64,000 nucleotides of DNA, from the NCBI GenBank assembly GCA_964526835.1, contig CAZGMK010000008.1, positions 5,290 through 69,289 of the forward strand, written 5' to 3'. This DNA comes from an uncultured Ignavibacteriales bacterium. GTDB lineage: Bacteria > Zixibacteria > MSB-5A5 > GN15 > FEB-12. Positions 1 to 9,823 of this stretch are shown here, one piece after another; positions within the stretch are counted from its first letter, which is position 1; each line of letters opens with the position of its first letter. Below the pieces are notes generated by a model. That model was given only the letters and a program-made list of their open reading frames with translations. It was not told the DNA's origin and ran no database searches. The translations under genes were made by a program, and so were the position numbers.

Positions 1-214
1 AAGAGGACGAGCGCGAAGAGGAAGAGGTTGAGCAGGGCAAAGATCGGCGCCCGGGTATCAGTTTCTTCGAACCTGATGACAACGGTAATGTGTAGGTTGC
101 GTCCCCACGGTTTCGACGAATGAAAACGAGAGCAAGCGCACTATATGGGTCCTGGTAGTTCAGTATCGCACCGGTCGCGGAGGGAACTCCGCAATGCGGA
201 CAGACAACTGGTAG

Positions 215-237
215 GTCAGGACCCTTGCGGTCCTGAC
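215..237. repeat. REP-like hairpin (9-bp perfect stem gtcaggacc/ggtcctgac, loop cttgc) upstream of clpB
   Basis: Perfect palindrome read directly. A near-identical copy lies at 13948-13970 and a short relative at 22441-22453. The spurious ORFs carrying the peptide GQDPCGPDI are its translation. Confidence 0.6.
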
Positions 238-344
238 ATTAAGAGAAGTGGTTTTGGAAGCCGGCAGCCCACCGCTCCTGCGGTGGGGATCTACGAGACG
301 GCAAGATGCCGGAATACGAAGATGAAAAAGAGAGGTGAGTATAG

Positions 345-2987
345 ATGAACCTGAACCAATTCACACAACGATCGGTTGACGCGATCTCCTCGGCGCAGCA
401 GATGGCGCAAAGCGAGGGGCACCCGCAGATCATGCCGGTGCACCTGCTGCACGCCCTGCTGACTCAGGACGAAGGACTGGTCGGTCAGTTGATCAAGAAA
501 CTCGGCGCCGATCTCGAAGAGATGAGGTCCGAGGTACAGGATGCGATCCAGCTCCTCCCGAGACAACAGGGAGGGCAGGTGTACGCTTCCAACGAACTAA
601 CCCAGGTCCTGAGTAAGGCCGAGTCCGAGCTCAAGGCCTTCAAAGATGAATACGTGTCGGTCGAGCATATCCTGCTGGCCCTGCTCGAGGTCAAGAGCAA
701 GGCGCAGGAGATTCTCAAGCAGCACGGGATCAAGCGCGATGAGGTCCTTAAGGCCCTGTCGAGCATTCGCGGCTCCTCGCGAGTAACCGACCAGGACCCC
801 GAGTCCAAATACGCGGTACTCGAGAAGTACTCGCGCGATCTGACCAAACAGGCCCGCGAAGGCAAGCTCGACCCGGTCATTGGCCGTGAGGACGAAATCC
901 GTCGCGTGATGAAAATCCTCTCGCGCCGGACCAAGAACAACCCGGTGCTGATCGGCGAGCCGGGCACGGGGAAGACCGCGGTGGTCGAGGGCCTGGCCCA
1001 GAAGATTGCCGCGGGTGACGTGCCCGAGTCGCTCAAAGACCGTCAGTTGGTAGCGCTCGATATTGGCGCTCTCATCGCCGGCTCCAAGTATCGTGGTGAA
1101 TTCGAGGAGCGTCTCAAGGCTATCCTCAAGGAGGTCGAGCAGGCCGAGGGACGCATTGTGCTCTTCATCGACGAGATGCACACCATTGTCGGCGCCGGCG
1201 CGGTCGGTGGCTCTCTTGATGCCTCCAACATGCTCAAGCCGGCCCTGGCACGAGGGCAATTGCGCTGTATCGGTGCGACGACCCTCGATGAGTACCGCAA
1301 ACATATCGAGAAGGACGCCGCGCTCGAAAGGCGCTTCGCGCCGGTTCTGATCGAGCCGCCGTCGGTCGAGGATACGGTCTCGATCCTGCGCGGGCTGCGT
1401 GAGCGCTACGAGGCGTATCACGGCATCAAGATCTCGGATAGCGCTATGATCGCGGCGGCCCGTCTGTCGGATCGGTACATCGCCGATCGGTTCCTGCCGG
1501 ACAAAGCCATCGACCTTATCGATGAGGCTGCCGCCGAGCTTCGTATCTCCATCGACTCGATGCCCGAGGAGCTGGATACCATCGAGAAGCGTATCCGTCG
1601 TCTCGAAATTGAGAAGGAAGGCGTCAAGCGCGAAAAGGATGCCGCTCAGCGCCTCAAGCCGATCGAGGAAGAGCTGTCGGACCTGTATGCCCAGCGCGAC
1701 GATCTCCGGACCCAGTGGACTAAGGAGAAGGAGACTGTAGACGCTATCCGCGACCTGAAGGTGCAAGTCGAGGAGCTCAAGCATCAGGCGGCCGATGCGG
1801 AACGTCACGCCGACTACGAGCGAGCGGCCAAGCTGCGCTACGGCGAGATTGCCGAGGCCCAGAAGAAACTCGAATTCCTGACCCATTCGCTGGCCGCGAT
1901 TCAGGAGAAGCGTCAACTTCTGAAGGAAGAGGTCGGTGAAGACGATATTGCGGATATTGTCTCGAAATGGACCGGTATCCCGGTAACCCGTCTGACCGAA
2001 TCCGAATCCGAGAAACTGCTGCGCCTGGAGGATGAGCTGCACCAGCGAGTCATCGCTCAGGACGAGGCCGTGGCGGCGGTATCGGATGCGGTCCGCCAAT
2101 CGCGGGCCGGGCTGTCTGATCCGAACCGTCCGATCGGTTCGTTTATCTTCCTCGGTCCGACCGGCGTAGGGAAGACCGAGCTGGCCCGGGCGCTGGCCGA
2201 GTTCCTGTACGGCACCGAAGACGCCATGGTCCGGCTCGATATGTCGGAGTACATGGAGAAGCACTCAGTCTCGCGTCTGGTTGGCGCCCCGCCGGGGTAT
2301 GTCGGCTATGATGAGGGCGGACAGCTTACCGAGGCGGTGCGGCGTCGTCCGTACGCTGTGGTGCTGCTCGACGAAATCGAGAAGGGTCATCCGGAGGTCT
2401 TCAACACCCTGCTGCAGGTGCTCGATGACGGACGCCTGACCGACAACAAGGGGCGCACTGTCTCTTTCCGGAACGTGATCCTGATTATGACGTCGAACCT
2501 CGCCGCGGAGTATATCCAGAAGGAATCCGAGGGCCTTACCGAGGGCAACCGCGACGTCATCTACGACAACATGAAGCGGAATGTCTTGCAGACCCTGCGC
2601 CAGTCGTTGCGTCCGGAGTTCCTTAACCGTATCGATGAGACTATTGTCTTCTCGTCACTTCTGGAAGAGGACATCAAGGCCATCGCCCGCTTGCAGCTTG
2701 AGCGTCTGCAGGTGTTGCTCGATGACAAGGCGATTGAGCTTGAGGTCAGCGATGCGGCGGTCACCCACATTGCGAAGGCCGGCTATGATCCGACCTTTGG
2801 AGCGCGTCCGATTAAGCGCCTGATCAACAAGGAACTCAGTCAGCGCGTGGCGCGGATGCTTCTGGCGGGTGAGCTGCGTGAAGGCCAGAAGCTGACCATC
2901 GACTTCGTCGGTGACGAGTTGACCTTCACCGGTGAGGACCGCGAGCCCGAATCCGAGGCGGAAGCCGAGGAGTGGGTGGAGGCGTAG
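345..2987 (+). CDS. clpB: ATP-dependent chaperone ClpB
   Basis: 880-aa ORF with a Clp N-domain. Two AAA+ Walker A motifs are present (GEPGTGKT and GPTGVGKT), separated by a long coiled-coil middle domain typical of ClpB. Confidence 0.97.
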   Translation: MNLNQFTQRSVDAISSAQQMAQSEGHPQIMPVHLLHALLTQDEGLVGQLIKKLGADLEEMRSEVQDAIQLLPRQQGGQVYASNELTQVLSKAESELKAFKDEYVSVEHILLALLEVKSKAQEILKQHGIKRDEVLKALSSIRGSSRVTDQDPESKYAVLEKYSRDLTKQAREGKLDPVIGREDEIRRVMKILSRRTKNNPVLIGEPGTGKTAVVEGLAQKIAAGDVPESLKDRQLVALDIGALIAGSKYRGEFEERLKAILKEVEQAEGRIVLFIDEMHTIVGAGAVGGSLDASNMLKPALARGQLRCIGATTLDEYRKHIEKDAALERRFAPVLIEPPSVEDTVSILRGLRERYEAYHGIKISDSAMIAAARLSDRYIADRFLPDKAIDLIDEAAAELRISIDSMPEELDTIEKRIRRLEIEKEGVKREKDAAQRLKPIEEELSDLYAQRDDLRTQWTKEKETVDAIRDLKVQVEELKHQAADAERHADYERAAKLRYGEIAEAQKKLEFLTHSLAAIQEKRQLLKEEVGEDDIADIVSKWTGIPVTRLTESESEKLLRLEDELHQRVIAQDEAVAAVSDAVRQSRAGLSDPNRPIGSFIFLGPTGVGKTELARALAEFLYGTEDAMVRLDMSEYMEKHSVSRLVGAPPGYVGYDEGGQLTEAVRRRPYAVVLLDEIEKGHPEVFNTLLQVLDDGRLTDNKGRTVSFRNVILIMTSNLAAEYIQKESEGLTEGNRDVIYDNMKRNVLQTLRQSLRPEFLNRIDETIVFSSLLEEDIKAIARLQLERLQVLLDDKAIELEVSDAAVTHIAKAGYDPTFGARPIKRLINKELSQRVARMLLAGELREGQKLTIDFVGDELTFTGEDREPESEAEAEEWVEA

Positions 2988-3112
2988 GCTGAGTAACTGC
3001 GCGCGATCGCGCCCAAAACAAGTTTGAGCGCGGCAGCCGCGGGCGCGGCACCCGGCCGGTGGTCGTGTCGGCCGCGGTAGAGGTCCGACGTTTGTACTGG
3101 ATGTAAAGGAGT

Positions 3113-3138
3113 GGATTCCCGTTTTCACGGGAATGACA
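3113..3138. repeat. Palindromic 26-mer repeat (ggattcccgttttcacgggaatgaca)
   Basis: Stem attcccg/cgggaat. An exact reverse-complement copy lies at 6994-7019. Flanking ~100 nt (about 3060-3165) also resembles 6965-7075 in inverted orientation, for example ctctaccgcggccg versus ctctacccgcggccgg. Confidence 0.7.
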
Positions 3139-3269
3139 GACTTGGTGGGGCCGTGCTCGGTCAACGAAGGGCCGAGGAGTGAGGGGTGATCCCCTTGGCT
3201 TGACTTTCAACCGTACGCCACTACACTGGGTACAACCAGTCGAGCGAACTCAAGAAGGAGTGGTCCCAT

Positions 3270-3932
3270 ATGCGCATCACCATAGGAATCCTGGCGGCTG
3301 CAATCTCCCTGGCCTGCACAACATCGGCCGCAACTCTGTGCGAGCAGGAATTCACCGTCTACGGCAAGACAAAGGGCGATCACAGCCTGCTCTTCTGGCA
3401 TGAGTATCTGTCCGGAGAGTGCGGGCAGCACCGTACCTATGCTGTCTATCTGTCCGACACCGGCAATGTTGAACTCGACTGTCAATGGTGTTCCGGTGAG
3501 TGGGTACCCGACGTCACCGCGAATCTCCCGATGGAAGACGAAGTTGAAATACCTGTCGGCGACTCCTGCATGATCGAGGATTCAATCGTTGTTTCGCCAC
3601 CGCCGTTTGATTCCACCTTCACTACTCGGTATCGGGAGATGGTCAGAAGCGGCGCCCGCGGGACAGCCGATGACTGGAATAGGCTTACTTTCGAGAGGGG
3701 AAAGGGTGGCGACAAGGACTATCCTGTCTTCAGCGGTGGCGAAGCGCATTGCATCTACAGCCACGATCGCGGTCTATACAAGAACTACAGCTTTCAACGC
3801 GTGCTCTATTTTTCGGAATCCCGCTATGTTGTGATCATTACCGATCAACCTGTCACGGCTGTCGGCCTCGATACGCTCCACGGCCTAATGGTTTTCAAAC
3901 TCCTGGGGGAGAACGACGAAACCGGACAGTAG
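3270..3932 (+). CDS. Secreted hypothetical protein
   Basis: 220-aa ORF with an N-terminal signal-like segment MRITIGILAAAISLACTTSAA. GGAG lies upstream of the ATG. I recognise no family. Confidence 0.6.
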   Translation: MRITIGILAAAISLACTTSAATLCEQEFTVYGKTKGDHSLLFWHEYLSGECGQHRTYAVYLSDTGNVELDCQWCSGEWVPDVTANLPMEDEVEIPVGDSCMIEDSIVVSPPPFDSTFTTRYREMVRSGARGTADDWNRLTFERGKGGDKDYPVFSGGEAHCIYSHDRGLYKNYSFQRVLYFSESRYVVIITDQPVTAVGLDTLHGLMVFKLLGENDETGQ

Positions 3933-4055
3933 GCCTGCCAAATCCCCTTGCGCGTCCCGTGAATCGTCCGTATTCTATGTGATTAAGCGATTTCGCGACG
4001 TGACATTACGTATCGCATTGAACCATAAACGCTGCAACGCAGAAGGATTAACCGT

Positions 4056-5105
4056 ATGGCAGGAATTGTTGGATACGGCGCGCATCTGCCACGGCACCGC
4101 ATCAAGGTGGAGGAAATCGCCAAGGTGTGGGGCGCCGATGCGCCCAGCTACAAGAAGGGCCTGATGCTGCGCGAGAAATCGGTCCCGCCGCCCGACATGG
4201 ACACCATTACGCTGTCGGTCGAGGCTACGCGACGGGCGCTGATCCGCGCGCAGACTGTTGACCCAAAAGATATCGGCGCTATATACATTGGGTCCGAATC
4301 GCACCCGTATGCGGTCAAACCATCCGGTACTACTGTCGCTGAGGCTATCGGCGCCACCCCGGATATCCACTGCGCCGATCTGGAGTTCGCCTGTAAGGCC
4401 GGATCCGAATCGATGTACGTGGCCATGAGCCACGTGAAGGCCGGTGAGATGAAGTATGCTCTCGGCATCGCCGCCGATACCTCGCAGGGCGCTCCCTCGG
4501 ATGCCCTTGAGTTCTCCGCCGCAGCCGGCGCCGCCTCCTTTATCATGGGTGACGACAACCTTATAGCCGAGTGTACGCATACCCATTCCTGGATGACCGA
4601 CACGCCGGATTTCTGGAGGCGCGAACACGAGTTCTATCCGCAGCACGGCGGTCGTTTCACCGGCGAGGTGGCCTACTTCCGTACTACGATGGGCGCTTCC
4701 AACGCCCTGCTGGAAAAGGCCGGCATGAAGCCGAAGGACTTTAGGTGGGCGATCTTCCACCAACCTAACGGCAAGTTTCCCCAGCGCGTGGCCAAGATGC
4801 TCGGCTTCACTCAGGAACAAATCGAACCCGGCTGGCTGGCTCCGCGACTGGGCAATACCTACTCGGGTGCCTCGCCGCTCGGCCTGACCGCCACCCTTGA
4901 TGTCGCCGAACCCGGAGACATGATTTTCATGTGTTCCTACGGTTCGGGCGCCGGCTCGGATGCTTTCATCTGGAAAGTGACAGACCGCATCAAAGAGGTT
5001 CGTGACCTTACTATCAAGACAGCCAAGCTGCTCGATGAGAACCTGATCTATGTCGACTACGGCACCTATGCCAAGTACCGTCGCAAGATCAAGATGAACT
5101 ACTAA
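4056..5105 (+). CDS. Archaeal-type hydroxymethylglutaryl-CoA synthase (UPF0219 family)
   Basis: The N-terminus IVGYGAHLPRHRIKVEEIAKVWG, plus GSESHPYAVKP and ADLEFACKAG, closely match my memory of archaeal HMGCS sequences. It lies in an operon with the thiolase and DUF35 genes. Confidence 0.85.
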   Translation: MAGIVGYGAHLPRHRIKVEEIAKVWGADAPSYKKGLMLREKSVPPPDMDTITLSVEATRRALIRAQTVDPKDIGAIYIGSESHPYAVKPSGTTVAEAIGATPDIHCADLEFACKAGSESMYVAMSHVKAGEMKYALGIAADTSQGAPSDALEFSAAAGAASFIMGDDNLIAECTHTHSWMTDTPDFWRREHEFYPQHGGRFTGEVAYFRTTMGASNALLEKAGMKPKDFRWAIFHQPNGKFPQRVAKMLGFTQEQIEPGWLAPRLGNTYSGASPLGLTATLDVAEPGDMIFMCSYGSGAGSDAFIWKVTDRIKEVRDLTIKTAKLLDENLIYVDYGTYAKYRRKIKMNY

Positions 5106-5120
5106 GGAGGTGATTCTACG

Positions 5121-6281
5121 ATGAGAGATGTTTGTATTGTCGGCGCCGGCATGAGCAAGTGGGGCGAGGTGTGGAACCGGTCCCTGCGTCAGCTTTTTGT
5201 CGATGCCGCCCGCGAAGCTATAGATAAGTCCGGCGTAGATCACCTGGACAGCCTCTATGTGGGCTGTATGTCCAGCGGCGGTTTTGTCGGCCAGGAACAT
5301 CTGGGCGCTCTCTGCGCCGACTATCTCGGCCAGAAGTACCTGCCGGCCATGCGGGTCGAATCGGCCTGCGCTTCCGGCGGGATGGCGGTTCGCGCCGCCA
5401 TGTTCGAGGTCGGCTCGGGCGTCTCGGATATCGTCATGGCCTCGGGTGTCGAGAAGATGACCGATTGCTCCGGCGACGATGCCACTGCCGCCCTGGCGAT
5501 GGCCGCCGATCAGGAGTACGAGGTCTTCCATGGCGCCACTTTCCCGGGCCTTTACGCCATGATCGCCCACGCCCACATGGACAAGTACGGCACGACTTCC
5601 GAAATGCTTGCGACTGTCTCGGTGAAGAACCACCACAACGGTTCGATGAACCCGGTCGCCCAGTACCCGTTCAAGACTACGCTGGATGGTGTCCTCAATT
5701 CTGTCATGGTGGCCGATCCGCTGCATATCATGGATTGCTCGCCGATTACCGACGGCGCGGCGGCCGTGATTGTTTGCTCCGAGGATGTCGCCAGGAAGCT
5801 GGGCAAGCCGTATGTGAAGATCATCGGCTCCGGCGTCGGCACCGACACAATCGCGCTGGCCCAGCGCGAGGACATGACCTTCGCTCCCGCCGCCAAGTAC
5901 GGTGTTGAGCGGGCCCTGAAGATGGCCGGCAAGAAGCTCGATGACGTCGATTTCCTCGAGGTCCACGACTGCTTCACTATCGCCGAGCTGGTTATTCTCG
6001 AGTCGCTGGGCTTCTACAAGCCGGGGCAGGCCGGTCCGGCGACGCTGAATGGCGAAACCGCCCTTGACGGCAGACTGCCGGTCAACACATCGGGCGGCCT
6101 GAAGGCCAAGGGGCATCCGGTCGGCGCGACCGGTGTGGCTCAGGTTATTGAAGTCTACAAACAGCTCACCGGGCAGGCCGAGAACGGCCGCCAGTTGAAG
6201 TCATCGCCGAAAGTCGGCATGACCCACAACATGGGCGGCAGCGGGGCCTCCTGCGTGGTGCATATCATGGAGGTGGCGTGA
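5121..6281 (+). CDS. Thiolase (acetyl-CoA acetyltransferase, archaeal / SCP-x-like type)
   Basis: 386-aa ORF with the active-site context VESACASGG. The C-terminal GHPVGATG and NMGGSG motifs are typical of thiolases. Confidence 0.88.
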   Translation: MRDVCIVGAGMSKWGEVWNRSLRQLFVDAAREAIDKSGVDHLDSLYVGCMSSGGFVGQEHLGALCADYLGQKYLPAMRVESACASGGMAVRAAMFEVGSGVSDIVMASGVEKMTDCSGDDATAALAMAADQEYEVFHGATFPGLYAMIAHAHMDKYGTTSEMLATVSVKNHHNGSMNPVAQYPFKTTLDGVLNSVMVADPLHIMDCSPITDGAAAVIVCSEDVARKLGKPYVKIIGSGVGTDTIALAQREDMTFAPAAKYGVERALKMAGKKLDDVDFLEVHDCFTIAELVILESLGFYKPGQAGPATLNGETALDGRLPVNTSGGLKAKGHPVGATGVAQVIEVYKQLTGQAENGRQLKSSPKVGMTHNMGGSGASCVVHIMEVA

Positions 6282-6685
6282 TGCCGAGACAATTCAGTTC
6301 GCGAGGCTGGCGGGAGTATCCCCAACGCTATCGCCTGGAGGCCTCCAAGTTCAAAAAGAGCGGCAAGACCTATTTCCCGCCGCGCGATATCGACCCGGAG
6401 ACAGGTGATACAGAATTCGAGATCGTCAACCTGCCGGACACCGGCAAGCTGGTAACCTATACGGTTATCCGCGTGGCTCCGCAGCAATGGGGTGATATCA
6501 GCCCGTACGCCATCGGTATCGCCGAGCTTGCCGACGGCACCCGGGTGATGGCGCAGATTACCGACTGCGATGTCGAGGAGGTCAAGATCGGCATGGAGGT
6601 GCGGATCGAATTCCGTCGCATCCAGACCGAGAGCCACGAGGGCGTCTTGAACTACGCTTACAAGTTCGTCCCGAAGTGGTGGTAG
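6278..6685 (+). CDS. DUF35 OB-fold / zinc-ribbon protein (thiolase-HMGCS scaffold family)
   Basis: 135-aa ORF whose start overlaps the thiolase stop (GTGATG). The pattern [12 protein letters not shown], then L.TYTVI, then a V.L.DG-like OB fold, fits DUF35. Confidence 0.8.
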   Translation: MMPRQFSSRGWREYPQRYRLEASKFKKSGKTYFPPRDIDPETGDTEFEIVNLPDTGKLVTYTVIRVAPQQWGDISPYAIGIAELADGTRVMAQITDCDVEEVKIGMEVRIEFRRIQTESHEGVLNYAYKFVPKWW

Positions 6686-6750
6686 GGGAGACGCGCCTGC
6701 GCGCTTCCCTGTAGAAACCCCTGGGGTTTCGACACTGATTCCGACACGAC

Positions 6751-6789
6751 ACCGGCAGTCCTGATTGAAGGACTGCCGGTTTCTTCTTT
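6751..6789 (+). terminator. Rho-independent terminator after the DUF35 gene
   Basis: 11-bp perfect stem accggcagtcc/ggactgccggt with an 8-nt loop, followed by ttcttcttt. Confidence 0.8.
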
Positions 6790-6902
6790 GTGCCTTGACT
6801 GTCATGCGATCTATGTGGCTGGTGTACGTCCACGAGCACGAGCTCTGTTTTGGGTGCCCGCCTCAAACTCGTTTGGGGCGGTGGTTGCATGTCGGCAGCA
6901 CG

Positions 6903-7001
6903 GTCCTCGCACGGACGGCCACACGACAGTGTCATTCGCTTTGTCCGGCTCGCCTGCGACTGTCGCGTCCTCGCACGCACGGCCACACGACAGTGTCATT
7001 C
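6903..7001 (+). repeat. Two 35-nt direct repeats spaced 64 bp apart
   Basis: gtcctcgcacg[g/c]acggccacacgacagtgtcattc occurs at 6903-6937 and 6967-7001. The second copy runs into the palindromic 26-mer. Confidence 0.75.
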
Positions 7002-7019
7002 CCGTGAAAACGGGAATCC
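6994..7019. repeat. Palindromic 26-mer repeat (tgtcattcccgtgaaaacgggaatcc)
   Basis: Exact reverse complement of 3113-3138. The spurious ORF peptides VIPVKTGIH and SRENGNP are its translation. Confidence 0.7.
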
Positions 7020-7305
7020 ATCTTTCTCGTTTTGTCGACAAGTGATCACAGTCTCTACCCGCGGCCGGTCCGAATGACCCAGAGCGTCAGAGCCTTACGT
7101 CCCGCCGTCCGATCAGAAGCAGGGGGGCGGGTCGATCATTGGCCAGGGGGTTCTCTCAATAGGTCAGTCGAAAAAGGGGGAGAGGGATTCCCCCAACCCA
7201 GAGGAGTCGCCTTCACCTCCTAACTTCCTGCCGCTAAAACAAATAGCCCTGCGGTCGATATTCGCTATAATGTCGGGCCCGAGAGCTCTTTTTTGGTTTT
7301 GCGCC

Positions 7306-7333
7306 TTGACAAGATCGATTATACGTGTATTTT
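7306..7333 (+). promoter_or_regulatory. Candidate sigma-70 promoter for rplM-rpsI
   Basis: TTGACA, a 16-nt spacer, then TATTTT, about 55 nt upstream of the rplM ATG. Confidence 0.35.
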
Positions 7334-7387
7334 CCGTGTCTGTCTGTTTTTGGGAAGTACGCCCTAAACGGTTGTTATTGAGTTGAT

Positions 7388-7819
7388 ATGAAGACTTTTA
7401 TACCAAAGGTTGACCCGAGCCGCAAGAAATGGTGGCTGGTCGACATGCAGGATGCCATCCTCGGCCGAGCGGCCGTGAAGGTGGCCACAGTTCTCAGGGG
7501 TAAACACACGCCGCTGTTTACACCGCATCTGGATACGGGCGATCATGTGGTCGTCGTCAACGCCTCCAGGATGAAAATAAGCGGGGCCAACAAGCCGCAG
7601 CAGTTGGCATACTACCGCTACAGCGGCTATCCGGGCGGCCTGAACAGGGTCCCCTACGAGAAGATGATCCAGACCAAGCCGGAGGAAGTGTTCCGTCTGG
7701 CGGTGCGTCGCATGCTGCCCAAGAATCGTCTTGGCCGCAAGATGTTCAAGAAGCTGCATGTTTACGCCGGTCCGAATCACCCCCACAAGGCTCAGAAACC
7801 CGAAGCTATTAAACTGTAG
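7388..7819 (+). CDS. rplM: 50S ribosomal protein L13
   Basis: 143 aa. The motifs KKWWLVD..GR.A..VA..LRGKH and the rplM-rpsI gene pair support the call. Confidence 0.97.
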   Translation: MKTFIPKVDPSRKKWWLVDMQDAILGRAAVKVATVLRGKHTPLFTPHLDTGDHVVVVNASRMKISGANKPQQLAYYRYSGYPGGLNRVPYEKMIQTKPEEVFRLAVRRMLPKNRLGRKMFKKLHVYAGPNHPHKAQKPEAIKL

Positions 7820-7838
7820 ATCAGATTAACGGAAACGT

Positions 7839-8231
7839 ATGGCGCAAGAAGTATACTCAGCGACCGGACGCCGCAAGCGCTCTGTTGCCCGTGTGGTTGT
7901 CAAACCGGGCAAAGGCGAATTCATGGTTAACGGGCGCAGTCTCAACGCGTATCTGACTCGTGAGACACTGGCTAACGTCGCTTCGCAAGCCCTTGACGTC
8001 GCTCAGGCCAAGGGCACTGTTGACGTTGTCTGCACAGCCAACGGCGGCGGTATTTCCGGCCAGGCCGGCGCGATTCGTCTGGGTTTGGCCCGCGCTCTCC
8101 TGCAGATGAATGAAAACCTGCGTGAGCCCCTGCGCAAAGAGGGCTTGTTGACTCGCGACCCGCGTCAGGTTGAGCGCAAGAAGTACGGCCAGCCGAAGGC
8201 TCGTAAGCGCTTCCAGTACTCGAAGCGTTAA
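7839..8231 (+). CDS. rpsI: 30S ribosomal protein S9
   Basis: 130 aa. It contains GRRK.S.ARV and the C-terminus KARKRFQYSKR. Confidence 0.97.
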   Translation: MAQEVYSATGRRKRSVARVVVKPGKGEFMVNGRSLNAYLTRETLANVASQALDVAQAKGTVDVVCTANGGGISGQAGAIRLGLARALLQMNENLREPLRKEGLLTRDPRQVERKKYGQPKARKRFQYSKR

Positions 8232-8360
8232 AGTGTGAGTATCCCCGCTTCGGCGGGGAAATAAACAGTCTCGGTCGACTCAGGCGGAGGTCCCCTTCGA
8301 GGTCCGCGCTGGGGATGACGCCGGGGCGAAGTAGCAACCATTCAATATCAAAGGTCTTTC

Positions 8361-9218
8361 ATGATTTCACCGGAAGTCAAGGAAATGCTGGAGGCAGGGG
8401 TGCATTTCGGGCATCAGACCCGTCGCTGGAACCCCAAGATGAAGCCGTTCATCTTCACAGCGCGCAACGGCATCTATATCATCGATCTTCAGAAGACGAT
8501 CAACTCCATCAGGCAGGCCCAGGAGAAGGTCCGCGAGGTGGTACAGCGGGGCAAGACCATCCTGATGGTCGGCACTAAGAAGCAGGCCAAGGAAGTCATC
8601 GATGTCGAGGCCAGGCGAGCGGGAGCGTTCTACGTCACCGAACGCTGGCTCGGCGGCATGTTGACCAACTACGAGACGATCCGCGAGTCCATCAAGAAGC
8701 TTAAAGACATCGAGAAGATGCATGAGGATGGCCGCATAGAGAAGTTCAAGAAGAAAGAGCGGCTCCGGCTGGAACGTCAGGCCGAGAAGCTGAACAAGGT
8801 CCTTGGCGGCATAAAGGACATGAATTTCCTGCCGGGACTGGTTGTCGTGGTCGATGCCCGAAAAGAGAAGATCGCGGTGGCGGAGGCCTCAAAGCTGGGT
8901 ATCCCGATTGTCGGTATTGTCGATACCAACGCCGATCCCGACCCCATCGATTTTCCGATAGCGGCCAATGACGATGCGATCAAGTCTATCCGTGTCATTA
9001 TCCGGCGTCTTGTCGACGCCGCCGTCGAGGCGCGTCAGAGCGTGACACAGGAGGAGATTGAGCGCGCCACGGAAGAGGACAGGGGCAGGGTCGCCGAGAC
9101 AGTCTCGGTCGGCGGCGAAGAGGAAGAGGAACCCAAGGCGAATACGGCTCCCGCCCCGGGCCGGAGAAGACCCGAAACACAGAAAAGCGAAGCCGGCAGG
9201 GCGACCGACACAGAATAA
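8361..9218 (+). CDS. rpsB: 30S ribosomal protein S2 (with an acidic/basic C-terminal tail)
   Basis: [18 protein letters not shown] is a hallmark of S2. At 285 aa it carries an E-rich C-terminal extension. Confidence 0.96.
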   Translation: MISPEVKEMLEAGVHFGHQTRRWNPKMKPFIFTARNGIYIIDLQKTINSIRQAQEKVREVVQRGKTILMVGTKKQAKEVIDVEARRAGAFYVTERWLGGMLTNYETIRESIKKLKDIEKMHEDGRIEKFKKKERLRLERQAEKLNKVLGGIKDMNFLPGLVVVVDARKEKIAVAEASKLGIPIVGIVDTNADPDPIDFPIAANDDAIKSIRVIIRRLVDAAVEARQSVTQEEIERATEEDRGRVAETVSVGGEEEEEPKANTAPAPGRRRPETQKSEAGRATDTE

Positions 9219-9229
9219 GGGTGACATTG

Positions 9230-9823
9230 ATGGCAATTACCGCACAGATGGTCAAAGAACTCCGGGAGAAGACCGGGGCCGGCATGATGGATTGCAAGAA
9301 GGCCCTTACCGAGACCGAAGGCGACTTCGACAAGGCGGTGAAGATGCTTCGCGAGAAAGGCATCGCCAAGGCTGCCAAGCGCGAGGGCCGCGCCACGGCC
9401 GAGGGCGTAGTGGCTTCTTATATACATCCCGGCGACAAATTGGGGGTGCTGGTCGAAGTCAACTGCGAAACCGACTTTGTGGCACGCACCGAGCAGTTCC
9501 GGAGTTTCGCCCGCGATATCGCCATGCATGTGGCTGCGGTCAATCCCCTCTTTGTCAATCGCGACCAGGTTGACCCCTCGGTGATCGAGAAGGAGAAGGA
9601 TATCTATCGTCAGCAGGCGCTCAACGACGGCAAGCCGGAGAAGGTGGTCGAGAAGATCATCGAAGGCCGCCTGGAGAAGTACTACGCCGAGATCGTTCTG
9701 CTGGAACAGCCATTTGTCAAGGACAATGACAAGACTGTCGAGGAGTACCTGAAGGAGACGATAGCGGCGGTTGGCGAGAATGTCCAGATAAACCGCTTCG
9801 CACGTTTCCGTCTGGGTGAGTGA
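9230..9823 (+). CDS. tsf: Elongation factor Ts (short form)
   Basis: MAITAQMVKELREKTGAGMMDCKKAL. The ORF-track start at 9221 is an upstream GTG; the ATG at 9230 follows aagggtga. Confidence 0.93.
   Translation: MAITAQMVKELREKTGAGMMDCKKALTETEGDFDKAVKMLREKGIAKAAKREGRATAEGVVASYIHPGDKLGVLVEVNCETDFVARTEQFRSFARDIAMHVAAVNPLFVNRDQVDPSVIEKEKDIYRQQALNDGKPEKVVEKIIEGRLEKYYAEIVLLEQPFVKDNDKTVEEYLKETIAAVGENVQINRFARFRLGE

Noticed and set aside
3-95. An open frame entering from the left edge (..EDEREEEEVEQGKDRRPGISFFEPDDNGNV*) as the 3' end of an upstream gene.
   Set aside because: Only 31 codons are visible, and they are low-complexity with no recognisable motif. I cannot support this as a feature.
270-289. 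The hairpin cccaccgc-tcct-gcggtggg upstream of clpB as a heat-shock control element (CIRCE or ROSE-like).
   Set aside because: It does not match the CIRCE consensus (TTAGCACTC-N9-GAGTGCTAA) and does not sequester the SD. It is more likely a terminator or REP-type hairpin of the upstream unit.
597-2264. A 555-aa minus-strand ORF inside clpB. Similar long antisense ORFs occur at 3975-6116, 33490-34650, 42428-43531, 56520-57578 and 58738-60081.
   Set aside because: All lie fully antisense to genes with unambiguous family signatures. Their translations are low-complexity and rich in R, G, A and L, which is typical of shadow ORFs in GC-rich DNA.
6903-7001. A possible mini CRISPR array (35-nt repeats with 64-bp periodicity).
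   Set aside because: There are only two repeat copies. The second merges into a REP-like palindrome that also occurs at 3113-3138, and the window has no cas genes.
7032-7223. A 63-aa ORF in the rplM upstream gap, plus the overlapping small ORFs at 6765-7077.
   Set aside because: They are translations of repeat and palindrome sequence or of G/C tracts. They have no RBS and no protein-like composition.
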